A DNA stretch of 64,000 nt from Schmidtea nova (GCA_044892505.1 CM097882.1:271374001-271438000); one strand, 5' to 3'; counted from the first letter of the stretch, positions 40,305 to 51,300 are shown. Notes: a model not told the origin generated them from the sequence alone. Numbers and translations: made by a program.

Positions 40305-40485
40305 TATTATTATTATCAATAATTCTCATAATGACTATAGATCAAATTATTTTATAAACAATAACACAATATTTCGGCACAGCCTTTATCAAGTGTGTAC
40401 ACACTTGATAAAGGCTGTGCCGAAATATTGTGTTATTGTTTATAAAATAATTTGATCTATAGTCATTATGAGAATTATTGATAAT

Positions 40486-40492
<7 letters not shown>
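40305..40492. repeat. Perfect 188 bp palindrome (94 bp arms, no spacer) flanked by (TA)n
   Basis: Checked base by base, centre between 40398 and 40399 (GTGTGT|ACACAC). Confidence 0.95.
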
Positions 40493-40521
<29 letters not shown>

Positions 40522-41667
40522 AATTATTATTTTACTTAAAATATTAAATAAATTTAAAATATGCTAAAATAGCTTAAATTTATAGTTTAAAAAACTCACC
40601 AACTACCTGAATTAAATGTCTTTGTTGCTCTTAATTACAGACTGTATGTGTAATATAAATTATTGATCTTTATATTTATTTATAAATGGAAAAATAATCA
40701 AAATAGATCAAAAATAAATTATTTAAAGTTTTATTCAAGTTTTATTTAAAAATATTAATTTGGTTTTGCGTAAAATTGTTAAATTTAATTTTGAAATAAT
40801 CGAAAATTTTTTCTGGAACTATTTGTTTTAATACATCAATGGAAGCAACACGCAGAACATTATATAAATACCAACATCAAAATGAAAGTCATTCAGAAGT
40901 TGCCAGGATTTTCTGTAAGATTTTCTCGAGAATTTCTTTTAAAAATTTACTGAACATTTCCAAAAACTTGCATATTGCCACAGGGCGAAACAAAACTCTA
41001 AATATTTTATCAACTGGTAAGAACTTCTAACTGTAGAAGCCGCCGCAAAACAACTAAAGTTCTACCTAAGGCGAAACGTTAAAACTCTGCTCGTTCAACC
41101 GGAAGAGATCATATTTAAGAAACTTTCCATAATTGCAAAGTCTTCCAACAAACAAGAATAGATTCGTACCATACAAGTTCATAAACTTTAAAAGAAAACT
41201 AAAAGTTATTGCCGACATGAGAATACCCGTACACGCACTATTGTAAGAATCTTTGTTTTATTTATTAGGTATGGGGCTTCCAAAGTCAAGCCCTTTGATC
41301 GTTCCAAAACCCAGTAGTTATTAATTTAAATATTGGATGATATTTTGTTTCTTGTGTAAAATTTATGTATTCGAATTTTTAAATTATATTTTATGCTTTT
41401 AAAATTGCTTTTATTTCCGAATTAAAACCATTTTTGATTAACTTTAACTGATACAAATTTGTCACAATAACCTATATTTAAATATTATGCAAAGACTAAA
41501 TAAATCCTATTATCCTCCGTACATTCTGAAGTCAGTCCAGCCTCGAGCTGTACTGATGGGCGATTCAAAGTCTTTTATAAGGGAACAATTCCTACTGAAT
41601 AGTTCTGGAGCCTCGGCCGATTTATATTAGGTCCCGCTCCAGCAGAAAAATCAATGGATATCCCTTA

Positions 41668-42729
41668 TGTTAGGGTTCGAGATCAAGGGATCTCGGGTTT
41701 TTGTAATTAAATATTATAAGTAAATAAATAAATATAAATAGCAATTAAGAATTACTATAAATAAATAGATAAATAGTAATAGTAAATAAATAATTACTAT
41801 AAATAAATATAGATTAAATATAGTAATAATTAAATAGTATATAATAAATATAGTAATAAATAAATACATGATACATTTAAATAATAATAATAAGTTATAT
41901 ATAGTAATAATAAATTACTTTAAATAAAAATATAATAGATATTTTTAAAGGTCATGATTAGTATGACCACCACCGCTTTATTTTCAACGTAGTAGTAAAC
42001 CTACTATCGCTTAAAAAAATTATATATATACTGATTGCAAAATCAGTTGAGGAGAAAAATTAATTTTTGAGCAGAAGAATTACGAGAAGTTCAGAGCAGA
42101 ACATAAGTGTTTACAGAATAGTGAATTTGAGAAGTTTAGTTCAAAGTTAAATTTGCGTGGAGAGAATAATTTTACAGAATTTCATTTGTGATAATTTTCC
42201 GAAATTGGAATAATCTTTGAGCAAATTATTAGCTGGTAAATTTTCTAGTTTGTTTTAATTCTATAAATCGATCACGGGGAAATAGTTATATTACTATTTT
42301 TCCCCTTCAGTAAAGTCGTTAAATAATAAATTATTAGAAGGGAAATTATTAGGTCACAGTGACAACCATTTCTGGGTTGTCACTATCGCGATTAAACTAC
42401 CGGGAATCCCTCGTCTTTTGTCCTTTCATTTAGTCGGAGCTGTTGAGCCTTTTAGGTCCAGCTTTCGTTCTTAAACTCTGAGGACGGTTTGTATAACCGA
42501 TTTTCTAACTTTTGCTTTGCAGCTATTTTATTATATTGTACATTGTTATACATATTTCACAATAAATTTTATTAAAACGAATTAGTTTTGTATTCTTTAC
42601 ACCCAACCTAAAACATATATTTTATTTATAATTAATAAGCGGATTATCGTTTGGAGTCCGATAATCAAATTAAAGTTTTAAATATATATACTTTCTGTGT
42701 TCGTCGTAACCACTGATACGAACCGAACA
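41668..42729 (+). repeat. 5' LTR
   Basis: Direct repeat of 55563-56624, with five substitutions seen by eye. AT-rich low-complexity U3, TATA-like run at about 42021, TCAGTT initiator-like motif at about 42045 and AATAAA at about 42561. Confidence 0.97.
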
Positions 42730-42732
42730 TTT

Positions 42733-42750
42733 TGGTGAGCCCGGCGTGAT
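42733..42750 (+). promoter_or_regulatory. Primer-binding site, tRNA-Trp
   Basis: TGGTGAGCCCGGCGTGAT matches 16/18 positions of the standard Trp PBS TGGTGACCCCGACGTGAT, 3 nt after the LTR. Confidence 0.85.
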
Positions 42751-42821
42751 ACAATTATTATCAGTGGGCATATTGTCATATATACAAAATAGCTCCTAAA
42801 AAGTTAAAAGTTGTGGAGGAC

Positions 42822-45800
42822 ATGGCTGAAGAGAATAATGTTTTTGCTAGATATCCCGCTTTACCTGTCAAGGCATTTAGCGGAGATCCAGGAGAATTTC
42901 CGGAGTTTATGTCAGAGTATTATCAGATGGCAAAGGCCTATGGGTATCCAGATGCAATAATGATACAAAGACTGCCAATTTACCTTAAGGGTATGGCAAG
43001 GGAAAATTACAACGATATTATGGCGTTACCAGCAGCAGATAAACCAGGTACATGGGAAAAGATGAGAGAATCACTAACGGCTAGAATATTACCGGGAGAT
43101 TCAAGTAGAATTTTCCGACAACAATTTTATCACAGGAAGCAGAATGCAAATGAACATGTAGGAGAATTTTCCTATCAATTATTGTTATTAGCAGAAAGAG
43201 CATTTGGACTCAGAACTACCTGGAATGATGCAACTAAAGCTATGGTTAAAGACCAATTATTAGCTGGATTCACAAATGTTATGAGAAATGCATTGATTCT
43301 CCACACGGGAGATGATTTTTGGGAATTAACAAGAAAAGCTGTCGTAATCGAAAGCAGCTTAGAAAAGGCTACCTCATTTATGGTAAATAATGAGAAACCA
43401 GCAATTGAATGTTTTAACTGCCATAAGAAAGGGCACATATCAAAAGATTGCCACAGTAAGAAGGTAGCTGATACTCGTAGGGGTATTCAGTGTACTAAAT
43501 GTGGTATGAATAATCATAGTGTTGAGAACTGTAGAGTCACGAACTTGCAGTGTGATAAATGCAAACGCAGAGGGCATGTGGCTTCCGTTTGTAGAGTTAA
43601 AATTCTCCCCACGAATGGGAATTTTAATATAAAAAGGGATGATGTTAATTCATCAGGAAAGATAAAATGTCACGGATGTGGAAAATTCGGGCATATTCTG
43701 AGGTCGTGTCCTCAAAATCAGAGTAATAATACGAATAATAGGACTACCAATAGTGGTAATATCAGCAAGCCAAAAACTACGTTCATGGTCAATCACGATA
43801 AAGAATTGACGTATTTGCAACAACTGGAAATGGAAATCCAGGAGGAGAAAAATCGATTAGCACGGCTAATGGATCGAGATGATACAGTTTTTATGATTTC
43901 AGCTGAGAAAAATCATGCTCACACAGATGAGCGAGGAACAGTTTTGATGAATACAATTGAAGAAATAAATGAGACTCACACAGTTGGGCAAGAGACAGTT
44001 TTTATGATTTCAGCTGAGAAAAATCATGCTCATATGGATGGGCGAGGAACAGTTATAATGAATCCCATTGAGGAAAGCGATGATGCTCACACAGTTGGGC
44101 AAGGAACAGTTTTGATGATTTCAGCTGAGAAAAATCATGATGCTTACACAGACGAGCAAGGAAATAGTGAACTCATGGATTCCAGCAGCGAGAATCATGA
44201 GGTAATAGAATCAGAAACAAATTCTGATAATGATGACGAACCCAGTATGAGTACCATACTGAGCGAGTTCGACCAGGCTTTGTTCAAGGAAACAAAGGCC
44301 AAGAAAGGGTCAGATACCCTAGCAAAATGTTTAAAACTGGTGGATTCCAGATATGAGTATCAGCAGAGACTGACTCGAGAATTAGAGAAATTATCACAAG
44401 GTGATATCAAGAATAGTGAAATTGGAAAGATATTACAGTTAATATCTCAGGTCGAAGATGATCCAAGGTATCATAGCGACATACATAAAATCCTACGAAA
44501 GATAGGAACTGCAATGGAACATGAATGGGATCTTCAGGATTCGCATTTAAACATAAAACTTCCTCAGGAGCAGGAGTTTAACATCGACATGAATGTAAGA
44601 TGTCGAACAGATAAGTTGTCAGATACAGTGATGAAATTGAAACTTAATAGATATGATTTTTATCTATATGGAGAAAAGTTAGTAGTTGGGGAAACACTAC
44701 TACAAAATGGTGTATTACCAGGAAGGGTAACGAAACTCACAACGAAACTGACAGGAATATCGGTCCCAGTAGTGGATCAAGACAGTGTGTTTCTACTCAC
44801 ACAAATGGAAATTGCACAGTTGGAGGAAGTCCAACAAATAGAGCAACGTCTGAAGATAGAGTTGCAGAAATCTCCGAGGGATGCAGAAACAATCAAGGAA
44901 ATATTAGACTGGATGTTGGTATTGCGCATACCAGTAGAATCATTGGAGAATATAATTCCTATTCTACTACCTGTAGCAAAGGAAACTAGTTCATTTCAAA
45001 CGGAAATAAAAATGTTAATGAGGAAAAATGGAACAGCAATACGTCATCAAGCACATCGACAAGGCATGATAACTTTAGACCTTCGAATATCGGGAAAAGA
45101 ACCCATGACGAGATTATATCGCTGTTTTAGCAAAGTGATAACGTTGAGAAAAGATTTAATAGATACTGGGCAGACTACCGGTATATTCTTGATTATGATT
45201 CATGGAGGGCAAGTGGATGATGATGAATATTTAGTAGATGTGGGATGTCTACCATTTGAAACGACAACAGTAGCAATCATTCCCGTAGAGCCACCTGAAT
45301 CTCAATGGTCAGCATTACGGTTACCAGATGAAATGGTCACTGGTAATGTTGAAACACAACCATTTAATGTAGATATCGATGCCGATAATCACGGAGAAGA
45401 GGAAATCAGACTCAATAATGAGGAAACTAACGTGGGAGCTTCAAATTCTCGGGCGGTAGAAACTGTCAGGCCAGCATGGCAGATAAAGAAAGATAGGCGA
45501 GGAAGGCCTAGGAAAGATCAAATGAAACCTCCACCAACGGAGCAATTAAACCAAGAAACCATTAAACAGGTTCAGATGAAAACCCTGTCAGGAATAGCCA
45601 GGGATGTTGATATGAGAGACGAGGGTGTACATATACCAGAAAAATCTCTGACATGGAAGAGATTAAAACAGATCATAGGAATATTAAAGCCGGAATGGCA
45701 GATCACTCGGATTAAAGGAATTCAAGTGGATAAAGTGACACAGTCAATCGCGAAGACGATGAGGAGATTACCTAAAGGGGTACCGCAAAACGAGATACAG

Positions 45801-48356
45801 AATATGTTAGAGACACTCATACAAGATGGGTTATCTAAAGGAAAAATAGTGACAGCATTATCTATGTTGATTCAAGATGCCTTAGCCCGCGCAGGCAATG
45901 AGAAGAAACTTATTAATCGAGAAATAGACCAGATCACGGAGATAACGGAGCATTATCTCGGAACGTGGATGAGTGAAAATAACTTCTGGGAAGAGGAGAA
46001 ACATAAACTACGATATGAATTCGTGGAAAAGGCTATGAATAACAACCACCTCGGAAATGGAGGAATGGGGAATATGACGAATATGATATTAATGTTTTTA
46101 GTAATGATGGGAATAATGAAACAGACAAACACAATGACAGCGTTTGATTGCAGTGATCCAAAGTTAGCTCGGATATATTCGCTAGTAGATGCAATTGAGT
46201 GCAAAGAGGCATACCCAGAGAAAGTCCAAACAGGAGAAAAGGTCGAATACTATGTTTATCAAGAAAGTGAATTCTTCAGAACTAAGATAAGAGAATGTAG
46301 AGTCCAAAGAGCGACATTTGAATATTATTGTGGTTCACACAGCTATACAGCCTTTCTATCAGCCACTCTAATACCCAGACCTGTCAACATATTGCCAGAA
46401 GATTGTCTTGACGCCTTTCGAAAAGGTACTTTAAGAATCGATAACGAGGTAACCATCGCCGCGGAAGTAGGAAAAACATTGGGAGTAACCATTACACGAG
46501 GAGGATCAATCGGATCAGATGGTACCTGTTCGGGAAGAAAGAAAACTCGCGGATCGGAGTTGGTAAGTTTTGTCGTAGATATTGAGGACTATTCAATCGA
46601 ATTAAGAGAATACGAAGGGACGTTCGATGTATTATCAGGAAGATTAATGGCACACCCTCAGTGCCTTGCGAAATTTGGAAGCTGTAGAACAGGGGTCATT
46701 ACATTATTATACGATCAAATACTAGACCATTGCGAATTGTCATTACTAAAGAAAATTAATTTCCATAAGTTGAACGGGACAAAGTATCGAGATTTACCCA
46801 AAAGAGAAAGAATTTGGGATAAAGAAAAGACGTTGAAAAGGATCAACAAACAGCAAAAAGAGGATATTAGTGAGGAAATCACACCTCTAGTATTAGTATC
46901 AGAAGATAAGAAAGATGCAATCAGATTTGTCAGAAAAGATAAGAAGACAAAATGCGGAAAAGTGGTGTATGAGACCAACTATAAAGGATTATATTTGTCA
47001 AAAACATTTATCCAAAAGGCCAAGAATATTCACAGCCAGGATATCAAAATCACGAACTATATAAATAATAAAATAGATTATTTATATCATGATCTGCAAG
47101 GACAAATGCAGGAAATGTATCAGGAAGTAATACTTAATGATTGCAAACTAAATCGCGAAATAGTTCGAAATCGGTTAGCGATATCAATCGTGAATCCGGA
47201 TCTAGTGACACCTATGTTGCTAGAAGATGGAATGTTTGGCAGAATTATGGGGGAAGCTATATACAGCTATCAATGTCAACCCATAGAGGTACAATTAACA
47301 CGGTACAATGAATGTACTCTAGAATTACCAGTGTCATATCAAAACAAAATACGATTTGTAATGCCAGTAACGAGGAGACTTTTGGATGAAAAACAAAAGC
47401 CTCAACCTTCAATTTGCAATCCAGCAATATCACCGTTATACAAGGTAAATGATAGATGGATCTCATTACCTGACAGAAAACCATCTAATAGAAAGGTGGA
47501 AACATTGGAAGTCACGAAACTCGAGGAAAACATGGAATTTAAATCACTCGATGAATTATCACAAGGAGGAATTTACACTCCAGTAGACATTGAGGAGGCA
47601 AGACAGACGTTGCTATTTCCTCAAGTAAGAGAAAGAGGTATCACTGAAATCATAAGAACAATTTACCAAGCAAACGAAATGAGACCAGATTACAATTTAT
47701 TATTCGGTCCAGATCATTATAAAGAAGCAGCTAAAAATGTGATGATGAAAATATGGGGAAGGTTTACCAATTTTGGTATATTCGTGGCAGGCTGCTCAGG
47801 AATATATGCAATATTCGTAATTCTAAAGTTAATAATAACACAATTAATTTCCACATACAGCATATTCAAAATCGGTGGATGGTCTTGGAAGTTGATACTA
47901 GGATTGTGTCCTATGTGTGCGGAATTTGCATTGTTTAAACATCATCGTAAAGAAATAAAGACAATCAAACAGAGAAGCTTGGTTAAACACGAGATTATTG
48001 GAATCGAAATGGAGGGTAATACAAGTTATCGGGACGATAACAATTCGGAAGGAGGAGGTAATGGAGACTCTCTTAATACAGTTCAGAGGCAAAGTAGAAG
48101 TCGAAAAAGAAACTACAATAAAAAACCGAATCATCAATTAAGGAAAATGAAATATCGGGATTATCAACCACCTTACGAAGCGACAAAACAGATTTTCGAC
48201 AAAAGTATGATTTCAGAAGATGAATACGATAGTGCAGACCAGAAATTTGCAATCAATACAGCATCACCTAGATTGAAAAGAAGCCCAAGATATATGCAAT
48301 TGCCATATCTTAGAAGCTTACCAACAGCGCCAAAGGGGGAATCGCCAGAGTTTTAA
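42822..48356 (+). CDS. Gag-Env polyprotein, 1844 aa: capsid, 4 CCHC knuckles, 37-aa repeats, two Ubl-like domains, AT-hook, signal peptide, chuvirus-like glycoprotein, TM, basic tail
   Basis: Uninterrupted ORF. Knuckles at 43410-43709, RGRPRK at about 45498, hydrophobic signal at about 46086-46120, AFDC...YYCGSHS...CG...NKIDYLY...CKL...GEAIYSYQC...ELPV cysteine pattern and TM at about 47772-47870. Confidence 0.93.
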   Translation: MAEENNVFARYPALPVKAFSGDPGEFPEFMSEYYQMAKAYGYPDAIMIQRLPIYLKGMARENYNDIMALPAADKPGTWEKMRESLTARILPGDSSRIFRQQFYHRKQNANEHVGEFSYQLLLLAERAFGLRTTWNDATKAMVKDQLLAGFTNVMRNALILHTGDDFWELTRKAVVIESSLEKATSFMVNNEKPAIECFNCHKKGHISKDCHSKKVADTRRGIQCTKCGMNNHSVENCRVTNLQCDKCKRRGHVASVCRVKILPTNGNFNIKRDDVNSSGKIKCHGCGKFGHILRSCPQNQSNNTNNRTTNSGNISKPKTTFMVNHDKELTYLQQLEMEIQEEKNRLARLMDRDDTVFMISAEKNHAHTDERGTVLMNTIEEINETHTVGQETVFMISAEKNHAHMDGRGTVIMNPIEESDDAHTVGQGTVLMISAEKNHDAYTDEQGNSELMDSSSENHEVIESETNSDNDDEPSMSTILSEFDQALFKETKAKKGSDTLAKCLKLVDSRYEYQQRLTRELEKLSQGDIKNSEIGKILQLISQVEDDPRYHSDIHKILRKIGTAMEHEWDLQDSHLNIKLPQEQEFNIDMNVRCRTDKLSDTVMKLKLNRYDFYLYGEKLVVGETLLQNGVLPGRVTKLTTKLTGISVPVVDQDSVFLLTQMEIAQLEEVQQIEQRLKIELQKSPRDAETIKEILDWMLVLRIPVESLENIIPILLPVAKETSSFQTEIKMLMRKNGTAIRHQAHRQGMITLDLRISGKEPMTRLYRCFSKVITLRKDLIDTGQTTGIFLIMIHGGQVDDDEYLVDVGCLPFETTTVAIIPVEPPESQWSALRLPDEMVTGNVETQPFNVDIDADNHGEEEIRLNNEETNVGASNSRAVETVRPAWQIKKDRRGRPRKDQMKPPPTEQLNQETIKQVQMKTLSGIARDVDMRDEGVHIPEKSLTWKRLKQIIGILKPEWQITRIKGIQVDKVTQSIAKTMRRLPKGVPQNEIQNMLETLIQDGLSKGKIVTALSMLIQDALARAGNEKKLINREIDQITEITEHYLGTWMSENNFWEEEKHKLRYEFVEKAMNNNHLGNGGMGNMTNMILMFLVMMGIMKQTNTMTAFDCSDPKLARIYSLVDAIECKEAYPEKVQTGEKVEYYVYQESEFFRTKIRECRVQRATFEYYCGSHSYTAFLSATLIPRPVNILPEDCLDAFRKGTLRIDNEVTIAAEVGKTLGVTITRGGSIGSDGTCSGRKKTRGSELVSFVVDIEDYSIELREYEGTFDVLSGRLMAHPQCLAKFGSCRTGVITLLYDQILDHCELSLLKKINFHKLNGTKYRDLPKRERIWDKEKTLKRINKQQKEDISEEITPLVLVSEDKKDAIRFVRKDKKTKCGKVVYETNYKGLYLSKTFIQKAKNIHSQDIKITNYINNKIDYLYHDLQGQMQEMYQEVILNDCKLNREIVRNRLAISIVNPDLVTPMLLEDGMFGRIMGEAIYSYQCQPIEVQLTRYNECTLELPVSYQNKIRFVMPVTRRLLDEKQKPQPSICNPAISPLYKVNDRWISLPDRKPSNRKVETLEVTKLEENMEFKSLDELSQGGIYTPVDIEEARQTLLFPQVRERGITEIIRTIYQANEMRPDYNLLFGPDHYKEAAKNVMMKIWGRFTNFGIFVAGCSGIYAIFVILKLIITQLISTYSIFKIGGWSWKLILGLCPMCAEFALFKHHRKEIKTIKQRSLVKHEIIGIEMEGNTSYRDDNNSEGGGNGDSLNTVQRQSRSRKRNYNKKPNHQLRKMKYRDYQPPYEATKQIFDKSMISEDEYDSADQKFAINTASPRLKRSPRYMQLPYLRSLPTAPKGESPEF

Positions 48357-51300
48357 AAGACATCAGGAGAAGGCAAGTCAAGTTATGCTTTAACCATACC
48401 AAGAAACAAAATGTACATTTCTAAACATCAACAAATTCTCGACAAAGAGGCTCGAGAAACAGGTAAAAGCATATCATTATCGTTAGAAAATGAAGGGAAA
48501 CTGTATCCTATCGAGTCGTTAGAAGCAATAAAAGCAAAATTCAAGGAATATAATCCAAAATTGAGTGATACCGAACAAGATGAAGCAGAGAAATTCAGAG
48601 CAAATACCATCGGGATAACGCATGCTACTATTTTGATGGCAAATGGGGTGAACTTGGATAAGAAACCCATGATAAAGATAAAAATAAACTGACACACAGT
48701 TAATGCAGTGATAGATTCAGGAGCAGACGGCACCATCATAGAGGCAACACTATTAAATCAAAAAGAATTGGAATCAATGGAAACCTCTAGAGTTTCGCTA
48801 ACAGGTGCTACAGGCACATCATTGAATATTATCGGTACTCTAGTTTGCAACATCAAGCTATGTGACCAAGAATTTCGTCATGATATTATAGTCATGAGAA
48901 CTTGTCCAGTAGAATGTCTACTAGGAATGGATCTTTTAAGAAGATTAAAAGGAGTTGTGTTCGATTGTGCTACCGGATTGTTAGTTAGATCAATCGGTAA
49001 GAAAAGAAAAGTTTATAATGATGATACAGTTTTCATCGATCATACGATGATAATACCACCAAGAGCAGAAACAGTATGTTTCGTGTCCACTAGCGAACAG
49101 TGGGAAGGAGAAGTTGTATATTCGAACCAGATGAAAGGTTCTCAGCAAAATATAATCTACCAATTACGCATAGCGTTGGTAAAGTTGAAAATGGCAGAAT
49201 ACCAATTCGGGTAGCCAATTTAGATATAAAACCATTAAAATTGTACCCAGATACAAGAGTAGGGAGAGTATCAAAGTCGGATCAATTACCGATTGGGGGA
49301 TCTGTCCTGACAGTGAAGGCAGAGAATAGAGAACCAGACATCGAGTACTATGATGCGCCAACGGCAAATAGTAAAGCTCTTTCACGAAGAGAGAATATTC
49401 AAGTAAACATGTTGTTAAGAAAATATGATCAAGTATTCGCCAAGCACGAATATGATCTGGGAAAGACGAACTTGTTGGAACATGAAATTGTTCTTAACAA
49501 TACGAAACCAATAAAACTGAGACCGTATCGAATTCCGTTTAGCTTGGAAGAACCTGTCGATAAGCAGGTAAAACTGATGTTAAAACATAACATCATCAGG
49601 CATAGTAAATCACCATACCAGTCACCAATGATAGTGGTGGCAAAAAAGGATGGAACAGTACGACTATGCAACGACTATCGAATGGTAAACGAAGCAACTT
49701 GCAAGGATAGTCACCCATTACCATTATTGGATTACATTTACGGACGCATGAGAAATTCAAAATATTTCTCAGTGATGGATGCTCAGAAGGGATTTTACCA
49801 AATCAAGTTAAAAGAGGAGACAATACCAATTACGGCTTTTTCTACAAGCCTTGGACACTTCGAATATACAGTAATGCCATTTGGTCTTACAGGAGCGCCG
49901 GCAACGTTTCAAAGAGCCATGAATCTAATGTTAATGGATGTTCATCATGCAATGGTATACATAGATGACATCATTGTATTTTCTCCAGATTTGGAAAAAC
50001 ATTTAGAACATTTAGAGGACGTATTCAAAAGGTTAATTAATGCAAATCTTAAGGTAAAACCATCAAGATGTAAATGGGCCGAATCAGAAGTAGTCTATGT
50101 CGGTCACATTATCTCGAAGGATGGAGTAAAACCAGATCCAGCAAATGTTGAGAAAGCAAAGAATTTTCCAGAGTCAAAGACAGTCAAACATATTAAAGGG
50201 TTTTTGGGCTTAGTGGGATATTACAAGAAGTTCATCAGAAACGTTTCGGCCATAGCGTTTTCTCTGACACAATTAGAGGGAACAAATGTCAAATTTGTAT
50301 GGGGAAAAGAGCAACAGGGAGTATTTGATATGCTAAAAAGGATGCTCGTGGAACCTCCCATATTACGATTTCCAAATTTTTGAAAAAAAACTTTTGGTCA
50401 TGACAGACGCCAGCACTCGGGGTATTGATGCTGTGTTAGGTCAAAGAGATGACCTACGCGATGAATATGCCATAGTGTAAGCTAGCAGAGGATTGAAACC
50501 GCATGAAAAGAATTATGTAGTTATTGAATTAGAGGCATTTGCAATCGTTTATGCTATCAATCAATTTAGGACGTATTTATGGGGTCGAAAGATCATTGTG
50601 TATACGGATCATAGACCATTACAGTGGTTAACAAAGCATACTATGGATACATCAAAATTGGTTAGATGGGCATTGATCTTGCAGCCGTACGACATCGAAA
50701 TACATTACCGAAAAGGACATCAAAATGGGAATGCAGATGCATTTTCTCGAATGGACCAGGGTGATGAAGCAGAAGACGTTAAGGAAGGAAGATTAGAAGG
50801 AACAATCTTCGCACTTACAAGAGAAGCAAACAGACTCGCGGATTTAATGGCAGCACAACAATCGGATGAAGAGATAAACCAAATCAGACAGGCTTTAGAA
50901 GCAAAGTTCATACCGACGGAATTTAATAAATATTGGGAGAAAAATCGAGACAAATTTATCCTAGAAGAAGGATTAGTCAAATATGTGGATGTAAGGGATA
51001 ATGTCATAATGGTCCCTAAGAAATATCGGGAAGCCTTGATGTTACAATATCATGATGGAGCACTGGGAGGGCATTTATCTTCCAGGAAAACATTGTCAAG
51101 GTTGAAGCAGAAATATTTCTGGCCGACAATCAAACAAGACGTACAGGAATGGTGTCAGACATGTAAGATCTGTATCACCAGGAGAAATACGGGGAAGAAA
51201 CCTCATGTGCCAATGAAACCAATGCCAGTACCATCCACACCGATGGAAATGACGGCGATGGATATTTTAGGGCCATTCAAAGAATCAAATAGTGGTAACA

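Noticed and set aside
43881-44170. Regularly spaced repeats as a CRISPR array
   Set aside because: They are in-frame 111 bp coding duplications with similar, not unique, spacers, in a eukaryotic retroelement.
46530-46550. Furin site at RKKTR in the glycoprotein
   Set aside because: It does not fit R-x-x-R (P4 is K).
48160-48180. PPxY late domain in YQPPYE
   Set aside because: The spacing is PPY, not PPxY.
48345-48365. Programmed -1 frameshift at GAG TTT TAA AAG between ORF1 and pol
   Set aside because: pol is in the same frame as ORF1, the -1 frame closes at about 48422, and there is no in-phase X XXY YYZ heptamer.
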